Assembly: GCA_965602785.1 (NCBI GenBank)
Contig: CBFDAH010000003.1
Coordinates: 1-62,779, forward strand
Direction of reading: 5' to 3'
Length of the DNA: 62,779 nt
From: an uncultured Syntrophobacterales bacterium
GTDB lineage: Bacteria; Desulfobacterota; Desulfobaccia; Desulfobaccales; 0-14-0-80-60-11
The notes beneath the pieces were generated by a model. The model had not been told where the DNA came from. It saw nothing but the letters and a program-made list of their open reading frames with translations, and ran no database searches. The translations under genes and the position numbers were made by a program. This document shows, piece by piece, positions 8,643 to 17,288 of this stretch (its first letter is position 1; every line of letters begins with the position of its first letter).

Positions 8643-10085
8643 TCAGACCGTGGAGTAAGCCGGGGCCCCGGTCTCAGCCTCTTCCTGGGAAGCGGGCACG
8701 ATCTCCTGGACGGTACGGGGTACGAACCGCAGAAGGACAATATTCAGGCTCTGACAGAGCTTCTTGATTTGATCCAACCGTTTCGGATGGACCTCGGTCA
8801 TGGCCACGAAAAGTTCCTGAACCCGGTAAAGATGGGCCAGCATCTCCAGATGGTGGCGGTCTCCCAGTACTCTATAGCCCTCAATACGCTTATGCTGGAG
8901 GCTGACATCGTCGTCAATGAAGCCCAACACATAATATCGGGGATCCTGGCACTGGGCCAGGTACCTGAGACACCAGACACCCTCCTCCCCTGACCCCCAG
9001 ATGAGGGCGACCCGTTGCGGCCCTCCGTTACCTTCTTCCTTATTAAAGCGCTGGTGCAAGGTTTTGAGAACGACCCGGTAACCTATGAGCATCATCGTCA
9101 GGCAAAGCCAGTCAATTACGAAGACCCCCCGGGCGTAAGTCGAGGTGCGAACTATTTTAATAAACAGCAAGCCACTGAAATAACTAAAGATGACCAGGAG
9201 CATGCTTCCCACGAGAACCGCCTTGAAAACCCGCAACAAGTCCCTCAAGCTGAGATAGCGGAGCAGCGTTTGGTAGCCTCCAAAATAAAACAGCAAGGGG
9301 ATGCGGGTTAGCACGGTAAAGGGCAAAATGTACCAAAAGGCCGAGGTGATCTCACCAGGGGCAAAACTCTCGAAACGGATGAAATGGGCCAGGGTGAACG
9401 ACGCCAGGCAACAAACCGTATCGGTGGCCAGCATCAGAATCTGGGTGGTGTTATCCATTAAGTGCTGGCGGCTAATGGCTCCAGTGAAGGTTATCCAGAC
9501 CCCCTGAAAGAGGTATTTCACGTCCCGGAAAAAGGACTTGGTCTCAATGTACTGAAGGTCCACCGGGAGCTTGTGGGGCAGGATTTCATCCAGGTAAAAC
9601 TTCGCCGGGTCCACATCCCGGGGGTAAAGCTCCTCTTCGTTGCGCCCCAGAATCTGATTGGGTCCCACCAGCCCCGGCTTGACGGAAAAAATCTTTTGGG
9701 CTTCGGGGGGATACTTCTCCGCCATGTCAAGAGTTTCCGGGCGGGGGCCCACCAGTGTCATGTCCCCTTTGAGGACGTTGTAGAACTGGGGGAACTCGTT
9801 GAGCTTGAGGCGCCTCAGCCACAGACCCACCTGAGTGACTCGGGGGTCCCCGTGGGGTGAGACGCTCACCCCCAAGGGCTGGGGAGTTTCATACATGGTG
9901 CGGAATTTGTACATCTTGAAGAGCTTGCCGCCCTTCCCCACCCGCCGGCCAGCATAAAACACGGGCCCCGGGGATTCCATCTTGATGAACACGGCAATCA
10001 CCGGCAACATCAGGAGGAGAATCAGCAGTCCCATTAGGGAGATGATGATGTCGAAGATTCTGCTAGCCATGACGTTGAATGCCAC
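8643..10085 (-). CDS. Bacterial sugar transferase (monotopic PGT) fused to a 4TM + CoA-binding/Rossmann-like module
   Basis: N-terminal KFRTM, DPRVT and GDMTLVGPRPE; then hydrophobic helices, ALIWGSGEEG and GFIDDD. Start may be the later ATG (MASR). Confidence 0.88.
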   Translation of the reverse strand: MAFNVMASRIFDIIISLMGLLILLLMLPVIAVFIKMESPGPVFYAGRRVGKGGKLFKMYKFRTMYETPQPLGVSVSPHGDPRVTQVGLWLRRLKLNEFPQFYNVLKGDMTLVGPRPETLDMAEKYPPEAQKIFSVKPGLVGPNQILGRNEEELYPRDVDPAKFYLDEILPHKLPVDLQYIETKSFFRDVKYLFQGVWITFTGAISRQHLMDNTTQILMLATDTVCCLASFTLAHFIRFESFAPGEITSAFWYILPFTVLTRIPLLFYFGGYQTLLRYLSLRDLLRVFKAVLVGSMLLVIFSYFSGLLFIKIVRTSTYARGVFVIDWLCLTMMLIGYRVVLKTLHQRFNKEEGNGGPQRVALIWGSGEEGVWCLRYLAQCQDPRYYVLGFIDDDVSLQHKRIEGYRVLGDRHHLEMLAHLYRVQELFVAMTEVHPKRLDQIKKLCQSLNIVLLRFVPRTVQEIVPASQEEAETGAPAYSTV

Positions 10086-10220
10086 CTCAGAGAATTACCC
10101 TGATGGTGAAAAATGGCCGTCGACGGGTTCGAAAGGCCCCCCTGGACGGCAAACCTTCCCGGGCCGGTGTTCTGTTGCAAGGGTATTGGGAAAGTCTCGC
10201 CCAGGGACGACCAGGAATCG

Positions 10221-10246
10221 CCGGGGTTGTGTAACCCCGCCCCTAC
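10221..10246 (-). repeat. GTAG-family REP
   Basis: Reverse complement reads GTAGGGGCGGGGTTACACAACCCCGG. Confidence 0.55.
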
Positions 10247-10467
10247 CTGCCTTTCCTCCGCACCCTTTCCCAACCCGCCGCGGGGAGGCCGAAAAAGTAA
10301 GCGACAACCCCGACTCTTCGCCTGGAAAATCCCCTCAGAAGAGTGGGGGAAAGGGTCTAGGAGCGGGCGCGGGGAGCCGCAATCCCGAGGCCCCTTTTCC
10401 AAAGACTAGGCGCTACCCGCTCATCTTTAGTGACAACCAGTCGTTACCTCCTTTTGGCAGAACAAAA

Positions 10468-10483
10468 GCAATCATGGTGCCAA
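10468..10483 (-). promoter_or_regulatory. Sigma54 (-24/-12) promoter
   Basis: TTGGCACCATGATTGC matches the TGGCAC-N5-TTGC consensus exactly; an AT-rich tract lies upstream at 10490-10585. Confidence 0.8.
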
Positions 10484-10784
10484 AAAGACAACCAATTAAA
10501 ATTACTAAAGATATTATTTTTGTCCAATTTTCATTACGTCAATAATATGAAACATTATGATTAAAAACCATTCCAAAAATTTGGTCAAGGAATTTTGGTG
10601 GCATAAACCGAAAGATGGCGAGGTCTGGGGCGCCCTGACTTCCCCGTCGAAAAAGCTTCATGAAATTCCTTTGCCCCAAGCCTCCTTTTCCCGGCTATTA
10701 CCATAAGGGATTCCCAGAAAAAAAGACGGTCACCCCTGGCAAAGATAACCCATTTTCCCCGATGGACCCCACCGGAGTCAATCT

Positions 10785-11954
10785 TTAATCCATCCGCAAA
10801 CGGGTCTTGAGCCACCGGGGCAGAAGTCGCTGCCAGGACCCACTAAAGGGGACGACAGGCAGCTCTTTCAAGGTACGCCACCAAAAATACCCCGCAATGA
10901 CGGCACAGAGAAGGTTGGCGAGATACGGCGCCAGGGTCGGATCCAGGCTATGACTGAAAGCCAGACGCCAGGAAGCGCTAAAGATAACGTAGTAAATGAG
11001 AAAGGCGAGCAGGCCCACAATAAGCCCCCAGGTGCGGCCATGGAGCTGGGGGCTGAGCCCCAGGGGCACCGCCAGGAGACAGAGCAGCAGCGCTCCCATG
11101 GGCAGGGCAAAGCGTTGATGCAGTTCCACCACCAGCCGGATATGCCACAGGGAGCCGGGGGGCTCAGTTCTGATGCCTTCCCTTAGTTCGTGAAGGGACA
11201 TCTCCCTCTCAGATTTCCGGCCCTGGTGGACGAACTCGAAGAGCTGCAAAGGCAGCTCATAAAACTTGAATTCCACCGTCTGCCGGTGGCCCAATTCCGC
11301 TCCCCAGCGTATCACCACGCCCTCAAAAAGACGTAGGAATATAGTTTCTTGGGACGGGTCGTAGTGGATTTTACCAATCCTGGCATAGATGGTTTGGGGA
11401 CTTTTCTTTTCCCGGGAGTCATACACAAAGATGCCTTCCAGCTGGCCTCCCCGGGGGGCCACCCGGTTCACGAAAAGCGTCAATCTGAAAAAATCGGTGT
11501 TGAAGGTTTGCTCCTGAAGCCCCAGGTCGGCCCGTTTCTTTACCATTTCCGCCAGGAGTTCCCGGGTGGACCTTTGTCCCCAGGGGCTGCCATACGTGGT
11601 CAGGAAGAATGTGACCAGGGCCACTACCAGGGAAAATCCCAGGATGGGGATCAGGAGCCGGACATAACTGAGTCCCGCGGTCTTCAGGGCCATCATCTCA
11701 TGGTCCACGGACAGGCGCATAAGGGCCAGGATGATGCCCACCGTGGCCGCCATGGGAAGCGTAAAAACCATGAGGTAGGGGAAAAGGTACAGGCAAGATT
11801 TGAGGATTTCCCCGAGACCGATGCCCTTGACCAGAATCATCCGAGTGACGATCAAAAGACGCCCGGAAAAGACTATCGTGGTGAAAGCCAACAGGCTCAC
11901 CGCAAAAGGCGGGATAATCTCAGCTACCAGATAGCGGTCGATAATGCGGGGCAT
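10785..11954 (-). CDS. LptF/LptG family LPS export permease (LptF-like)
   Basis: Starts MPRIIDRYLVAEI; motifs RLSVDHEMMALKTAGLS and ELHQRFALP; 3+3 TM layout. Confidence 0.88.
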   Translation of the reverse strand: MPRIIDRYLVAEIIPPFAVSLLAFTTIVFSGRLLIVTRMILVKGIGLGEILKSCLYLFPYLMVFTLPMAATVGIILALMRLSVDHEMMALKTAGLSYVRLLIPILGFSLVVALVTFFLTTYGSPWGQRSTRELLAEMVKKRADLGLQEQTFNTDFFRLTLFVNRVAPRGGQLEGIFVYDSREKKSPQTIYARIGKIHYDPSQETIFLRLFEGVVIRWGAELGHRQTVEFKFYELPLQLFEFVHQGRKSEREMSLHELREGIRTEPPGSLWHIRLVVELHQRFALPMGALLLCLLAVPLGLSPQLHGRTWGLIVGLLAFLIYYVIFSASWRLAFSHSLDPTLAPYLANLLCAVIAGYFWWRTLKELPVVPFSGSWQRLLPRWLKTRLRMD

Positions 11955-11997
11955 GGTGGGGCTGCGAAACTTCCCCTTCGGGGGAAGTCCTTTGCAT

Positions 11998-13653
11998 TTA
12001 TGGGTATTTTCTTCGAAAGGCCACCAAAAGACAATCCTTCTGTCGGGCCAAAATCTTAAAGTCTCCGGATAATTGCTTCTTGAGCCAATTGAATTCCGGC
12101 GTTTTGAGATAGAAAAACACCTGGGGCCGGGAGGCCAGGAACTCACCCATGTCTTCTAATTTAGGAAAGAAAAGGCCGCCTTGGGGCGCCAGCTTCTTGC
12201 CGAAGTTGAGCTCGGTGGCAAAGTCCAAAAGATGAAATACCTGGCGGCTATAAAAGCTGAGTCCTTGGGAGTAGAGGTAGATGCCGACGAGGGCGGCTTC
12301 CGGTTGCCAATGGGCTCTGAGGGTCAGCCCCATTTCCTTGGGAGAACGCTGCAGGCTAATGCGATCCACTACCGGGGGAACCATGGCCCCTAACAGGAGG
12401 GCGCCCACCAGCAAAACCTCCAGACGCCGCACCAGGAGCGTCACGGTGGGCACCAGGGCCAGGGTTACCAGGCCGATGGCGGGATAGGGCTTCAGTGCCT
12501 CTGTCCGGGAGAGGAGAGCTGTTAAGGCCGCCGGCGGCCAGAAATACAGGGCTACCGCAATCCAGGCCACCAGGGTCCAGAGAAGGAGACTCAGACGGAA
12601 GCCCGGGTATCGACGGAGACCCGTCTCCTGCGACGCCAGGTTCACCAGAGCCTCTCCCAGAAGCAGCGCCAGGGGCAGGAGCGCCGGGAGGATGTAAGGG
12701 GGCAATTTGCCCCGGGACAGGGAATAAAAAACCAGGACTGCGCCAGCCCAGAGGATCAGGAACAGGCGGTCCTGAAAGTCTGCGGCTGACCGAAGGCCCA
12801 GAGCCCAGGGCGTCAGGAAGGTCCAGGGAGCCAGAAATCCCAGGAGGACCGGCCCAAAATACCACCAGGGCTCCTGGTGATATAAGGCGCCGTCCACATA
12901 GCGCGCCACGTGATGCTCCCATAAAAAGAAGCGGGGGAACTCGGGGTAGCGCCAGGCCACATAAAAAAACCAGGGGAGGACCACCACGGCCAACAGCACC
13001 CAGCATCCCGGCCGCACCAGGACCCCGAGAGTCCGCCACCCCCTCAGGAGGGCCCCCAGACCCCAGATGAGCCCGGCCAGGACCAGGGCCACCGGTCCCT
13101 TGACCAGAACCGCCAGGGCCAGGGCCAGGTAGGCCCAGGGCCACAGCTTTTCCCGGTTGCGGCTCAGAGCCAGGTATCCCAAACCCAGGGCCAGGGTGAG
13201 GAAAAAGCTCAAGGCCATATCCAGGGTGAGGACCCGGGCCATAATGATGTAACCCGAGCAGGTGGCCAGGATCATGGCTCCCCAGAAGCCCTGGCGCTCC
13301 CCCCACAGGGCCCGTCCCAGCCCATAGGCCAGATACACCCCTCCCAGGGCCGACAGAGCCGCCGGCAGCCGGGCCGCCCACGCCTTCAAACCAAAAGCCG
13401 TGAAGCTCAAAGCCGTAGCCCAGTAGAGCAGAGGAGGCTTCTCCAGGTAAGGAACCAGGTTCAGGTGCGGGATGAGCCAGTCTTTGAGGAGCAGCATCTC
13501 CCGGGCGATCTCGGCATAACGGCCCTCGTCCGGGTCCATGAGGCCGGGAGCCCCCAGGCGAAAAAAAAACAACCCCAGGCCCGCCAGGGTGAGCAGACCC
13601 GGGTATAACCACCGCGTGGAGCGGGATGGGGTGGAGGAGAACATGGCTGACAT
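11998..13653 (-). CDS. ArnT-like lipid-carrier-dependent glycosyltransferase (PMT_2/GT-C fold)
   Basis: Motifs DPDEGRYAEIAREM, YLEKPPL, KGP and KLPPYILP; polytopic membrane protein. Confidence 0.9.
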   Translation of the reverse strand: MSAMFSSTPSRSTRWLYPGLLTLAGLGLFFFRLGAPGLMDPDEGRYAEIAREMLLLKDWLIPHLNLVPYLEKPPLLYWATALSFTAFGLKAWAARLPAALSALGGVYLAYGLGRALWGERQGFWGAMILATCSGYIIMARVLTLDMALSFFLTLALGLGYLALSRNREKLWPWAYLALALAVLVKGPVALVLAGLIWGLGALLRGWRTLGVLVRPGCWVLLAVVVLPWFFYVAWRYPEFPRFFLWEHHVARYVDGALYHQEPWWYFGPVLLGFLAPWTFLTPWALGLRSAADFQDRLFLILWAGAVLVFYSLSRGKLPPYILPALLPLALLLGEALVNLASQETGLRRYPGFRLSLLLWTLVAWIAVALYFWPPAALTALLSRTEALKPYPAIGLVTLALVPTVTLLVRRLEVLLVGALLLGAMVPPVVDRISLQRSPKEMGLTLRAHWQPEAALVGIYLYSQGLSFYSRQVFHLLDFATELNFGKKLAPQGGLFFPKLEDMGEFLASRPQVFFYLKTPEFNWLKKQLSGDFKILARQKDCLLVAFRRKYP

Positions 13654-13830
13654 GATGGCTTAAAGGAGCAAAATAGCCGGGAAATTTTTGCCAGGTCCCG
13701 GCCCAGACAACCACTAGCTACCTTAAAATCCTTGTATTTGTCAATAGATGAGGCCTGGCCCGCTTGTTGCAGCCGCCCCGGGCAGACTCCTCTGCCAGGG
13801 GAAGTCGAGAGTTACAGGGGGTGAAAAAGT

Positions 13831-15081
13831 ATGGGTTCAGTGTCCTTGGCCGTTCCATCATCTGCTCCAGTTCCAGAGATCCAGCCGCCCAGCGGGCCAC
13901 TGCAGGAGTGGCTGCCCCACAAACGCTGGAACCCCTTCAACAGCAATAAGCTTTTAGCACACGTCTACCGCTGGCGCCTCATCCGCCGGGGCCGGCCCCT
14001 GCCCCCGCCAGTCCTCATCACGGTAGACCCCACCAACGTCTGTAATTTCAATTGCGTCTGGTGCAACGCCGCCTATATCCGGGAGAGGCGACAGAGCTCC
14101 CTGTCGGCTCTGGCCTTGCGCCGGCTGGCAGACTTTCTACCCCGCTGGAGTGAAGGGAACCCGGAATTTCCGCCAGGAGTGGAGGCCATCTGTGTGGCCG
14201 GGGGGGGTGAGCCCCTGCTCAATCCCCATACCCCTGAGTTCATTGACCGGGTAACGGCCCACGGCGTCCAGGTGGGCCTGGTGACCAACGGCACCCGCCT
14301 CATTGACGCCATCGACGCCTTCTCTCAGAGCACCTGGATCGGAGTCTCCTTGGATGCCGCCACCCCCGCCACCTTCAATAAGCTAAAAGGCCTGCCGCCG
14401 GCCAGCACCGCCTTCAACCAAATCTGCGACAACATCGCCATCCTCATGGATTACGCTAAAAAGCACCACAAGCACCTGGGCTCCTCCCACCCGTCCTACG
14501 GGGTGAGCTACAAATATCTCCTTTACAACCTGGAAAATATCGGGGAAATGTTCCAGGCCGCCAAGCTCGCCAAAGAGATCGGCTGCAAAAACATCCACTT
14601 CCGCCCGGCCGGCACCCCCTGGGACAAAATCGGCACCCCCGAGGAGATCACTTTTACCCAGGAAAATATCGACCTGTTCCAGGAGCAGATCGCCCGGGTC
14701 CTGGAACTGGATGATGAGACCTTCAGCGTTTACGGGGTGACCCACAAGTTCAGCTCCCAGTTCAGCCGGGCCAACTATTTCAAGCAGTGCTACGCCATCT
14801 TCATGTCCGGGGTGGTGGAGCCCCCCGCCAGCCCCGAGCACGGAGAGGACGCCTTTGTGCTGGGCCTGTGCTGCGATCGGCGGGGAGACGAAAAACTTGA
14901 GTTGGTGAGCCAAACCTCCGACTTTGGCGAGATCAACCGGCTGTGGGGCGGCAAGCAACACTGGCGGCTGCACGACCGCATCATGGTGGCCGAAGAGTGC
15001 CCTCGCTGCACCTATCAGCCCCACAACGAAATTTACGAAGAAGTCATTTTAAACGACAGCATGACCTATAAGTTTGTCTAG
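13831..15081 (+). CDS. Radical SAM protein with C-terminal auxiliary Cys cluster (SPASM/twitch-like)
   Basis: CNFNCVWC, GGGEP and VTNG; C-terminal C...CCDRRG...CPRC. Confidence 0.9.
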   Translation: MGSVSLAVPSSAPVPEIQPPSGPLQEWLPHKRWNPFNSNKLLAHVYRWRLIRRGRPLPPPVLITVDPTNVCNFNCVWCNAAYIRERRQSSLSALALRRLADFLPRWSEGNPEFPPGVEAICVAGGGEPLLNPHTPEFIDRVTAHGVQVGLVTNGTRLIDAIDAFSQSTWIGVSLDAATPATFNKLKGLPPASTAFNQICDNIAILMDYAKKHHKHLGSSHPSYGVSYKYLLYNLENIGEMFQAAKLAKEIGCKNIHFRPAGTPWDKIGTPEEITFTQENIDLFQEQIARVLELDDETFSVYGVTHKFSSQFSRANYFKQCYAIFMSGVVEPPASPEHGEDAFVLGLCCDRRGDEKLELVSQTSDFGEINRLWGGKQHWRLHDRIMVAEECPRCTYQPHNEIYEEVILNDSMTYKFV

Positions 15082-15098
15082 TTTACCACGAGGTCCCT

Positions 15099-16436
15099 AT
15101 GCATGTGAGCGTTTTCGGGCTGGGCAAGCTGGGGCTGTGCACCGCGGCCTGCTTTGCCGCCCGGGGGCACAAGGTTTGGGGCTTTGACGCCAACCCTGCC
15201 GTCATGGCGGCCTTGCAGGCCCGGCAAAACCCCATCCGGGAAACCGGCCTGGATGATCTCCTGGCCCAGGCCTGGCCCAACCTGGAATTTACCCATGACA
15301 TCAATGCCATGGTCAGGGAAACGGAAATTTCCCTGATTATTGTACCCACCCCCAGCCAACCCGACGGCCGCTTCAATAATGGCGCCGTGGCAGCGGTTTT
15401 GGGGCTTATCGGCCCGGTTCTCCGGGACAAAGCCTCTTTTCATGTGGTGGACGTGGTCTCCACGGTGATGCCCGGCTCCAGTGACGGGATTTTCAAGCCC
15501 CTCCTGGAGGAGCTCTCGGGCCGGGTGTGCGGCCGGGACTTCGGATTGATCTACAACCCCGAGTTCATCGCCCTGGGCTCCGAGATCGAAAATTTCCTCA
15601 ATCCCGACCTGGTGCTCATCGGCGCTTCGGACGAGCGCTCCCGGGATGTGGTGCAGGAACTTTATCGCAGCACCTGCGCCAACTCCCCCCATATGGCGGG
15701 CATGGGCCTCATCAATGCCGAAATCACCAAACTTTCCCTCAACGCCTATATCACCATGAAAATCAGCTTTGCCAACGAGCTTGCCGGTCTCTGCCAGCAA
15801 GTCCCGGGGGCAGACGTGGACGTTATCACCGCCGCCATCGGGGCCGACAGCCGCATCGGCCCCAAGTGTCTCATGGGCGGCCTGGGGTTCGGCGGGCCCT
15901 GTTTTCCCCGGGACAATGCCGCGCTCCAGGCCTTTGCCCGGGAAGTGGGCCATGAGGCCAAACTGAGCCCCCAGGTGGTCACAGTAAACAACGCGGTGCT
16001 GGACGACCTGTTTTGGTTGGTGACGAGCCATACCCCGAAGAATGGCCAGGTGGCCCTCCTGGGCATGTCGTATAAACCCGACACCTCCATCGTGGAGGAA
16101 TCCCAGTCCATCAAGTTGGCCCAGCATCTGGTGCAGGCGGGCTTCACGGTGCGGGTCCACGATCCCCAGGCCCTGGCCGAGTCCCGGCTGGCGCTCCAGG
16201 ACCTGGTGCAGTATTACGACGACCCCGCCGCCTGCCTGGCACAGGCGGACGCCATTGTACTTTTAACCAACTGGCCCCAGTACTCTAAGCTCCCCTGGCA
16301 CCGCCTGGGCAACTCCCGCCCCACCGGTTCCCAGCCCGTGCTGGTGGATAGCTGGCGCCTCCTTAAGGGACACAAACTCAAGGGTTTCCACTACCTCTGT
16401 TTAGGGCAAGGGCCCGCCGTTTCTCAGGAAAGCTAG
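15099..16436 (+). CDS. UDP-glucose/GDP-mannose dehydrogenase family protein
   Basis: Motifs GLGKLG, VPTP, YNPEF, GFGGPCFPRD (catalytic Cys) and YKPDT. Confidence 0.93.
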   Translation: MHVSVFGLGKLGLCTAACFAARGHKVWGFDANPAVMAALQARQNPIRETGLDDLLAQAWPNLEFTHDINAMVRETEISLIIVPTPSQPDGRFNNGAVAAVLGLIGPVLRDKASFHVVDVVSTVMPGSSDGIFKPLLEELSGRVCGRDFGLIYNPEFIALGSEIENFLNPDLVLIGASDERSRDVVQELYRSTCANSPHMAGMGLINAEITKLSLNAYITMKISFANELAGLCQQVPGADVDVITAAIGADSRIGPKCLMGGLGFGGPCFPRDNAALQAFAREVGHEAKLSPQVVTVNNAVLDDLFWLVTSHTPKNGQVALLGMSYKPDTSIVEESQSIKLAQHLVQAGFTVRVHDPQALAESRLALQDLVQYYDDPAACLAQADAIVLLTNWPQYSKLPWHRLGNSRPTGSQPVLVDSWRLLKGHKLKGFHYLCLGQGPAVSQES

Positions 16437-17278
16437 TGACCATGAACAGCCTGGCCCGAAGATTTTCCCATGTAGACATCGACCAGGTCCGGGATTACTG
16501 GGACGCCCGGCCGTGCAACATTCGCCATTCCCTGAAACCGGTGGGCACCAGGGAGTATTTTAAGGAGGTTGAGGCCAGAAAGTATCTGGTGGAGCCTCAT
16601 ATTCCCAGGTTTGCGGATTTTCCCCGCTGGCGGGGCAAAAAGGTCCTGGAAATCGGTTGCGGCATCGGCACCGACACCATCAATTTCGCCCGGGCCGGAG
16701 CCCAGGTCACTGCCGTGGACCTCTCGGGAGAGTCCCTGGAGGTGGCTCGCCAACGGGCCCAGGTCTTTGGGGTGCCGGTGCAATTTTACCAGGCCGACGC
16801 CGAGGAACTCACCCAGGTGGTCCCGGTTGAGCGCTACGACCTAGTTTACTCTTTCGGGGTCGTCCACCATACCCCCAATCCAGAGCGGGCCATCGCCCAG
16901 ATGTCCCGCTACCTGGACCGGGACGGCATCCTGAAGCTCATGGTGTATCACCGCCATTCCTGGAAAGTCTTCTGGATTCTGATGACCTTCGGCTGGGGAG
17001 CCTTCTGGAGGCTGGATGAGCTGGTGGCCCGCTCTTCCGAGGCCCAGACGGGCTGCCCGGTGACTTACACCTACACCCGAAAAACCATTCACGACCTCGT
17101 TAGTGAATTCCAGATTCTCGACCTCGAGGTGGATCATATCTTCCCCTACCGCCTAGCGGATTACCTTAACTACCAATACCGCCAGGTTTGGTATTTCCGC
17201 CACCTGCCCCCTTCCTGGTTCCGCTGGCTGGAGAAACGGTGGGGCTGGCACCTCCTGGTAACGGCCAGGCTGAGGTAA
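16436..17278 (+). CDS. Class I SAM-dependent methyltransferase
   Basis: Motifs VLEIGCGIG, VDLS and YSFGVVHH; GTG start overlaps the upstream stop. Confidence 0.9.
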   Translation: MTMNSLARRFSHVDIDQVRDYWDARPCNIRHSLKPVGTREYFKEVEARKYLVEPHIPRFADFPRWRGKKVLEIGCGIGTDTINFARAGAQVTAVDLSGESLEVARQRAQVFGVPVQFYQADAEELTQVVPVERYDLVYSFGVVHHTPNPERAIAQMSRYLDRDGILKLMVYHRHSWKVFWILMTFGWGAFWRLDELVARSSEAQTGCPVTYTYTRKTIHDLVSEFQILDLEVDHIFPYRLADYLNYQYRQVWYFRHLPPSWFRWLEKRWGWHLLVTARLR

Positions 17279-17288
17279 GGACGCCATC

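Noticed and set aside
9982-10545. ORFs 9982-10545, 10034-10402, 10095-10307 and 10113-10409
   Set aside because: They are translations of palindromic repeats and promoter DNA with no protein-like features.
12356-13714. 452-aa alternative-frame ORF over the arnT-like gene, and similar long shadow ORFs such as 1528-2421, 18654-19967, 25321-26466, 31231-32310 and 46242-47546
   Set aside because: They overlap well-supported genes, have Gly/Pro/Arg-rich or antisense-typical composition and no motifs; expected in high-GC DNA.
13561-14207. Homopolymers (A9 at 13561, G8 at 14200; also A9 at 32196) as phase-variation tracts
   Set aside because: All are in frame and encode ordinary Phe or Gly runs in conserved contexts; no evidence of slippage without reads.
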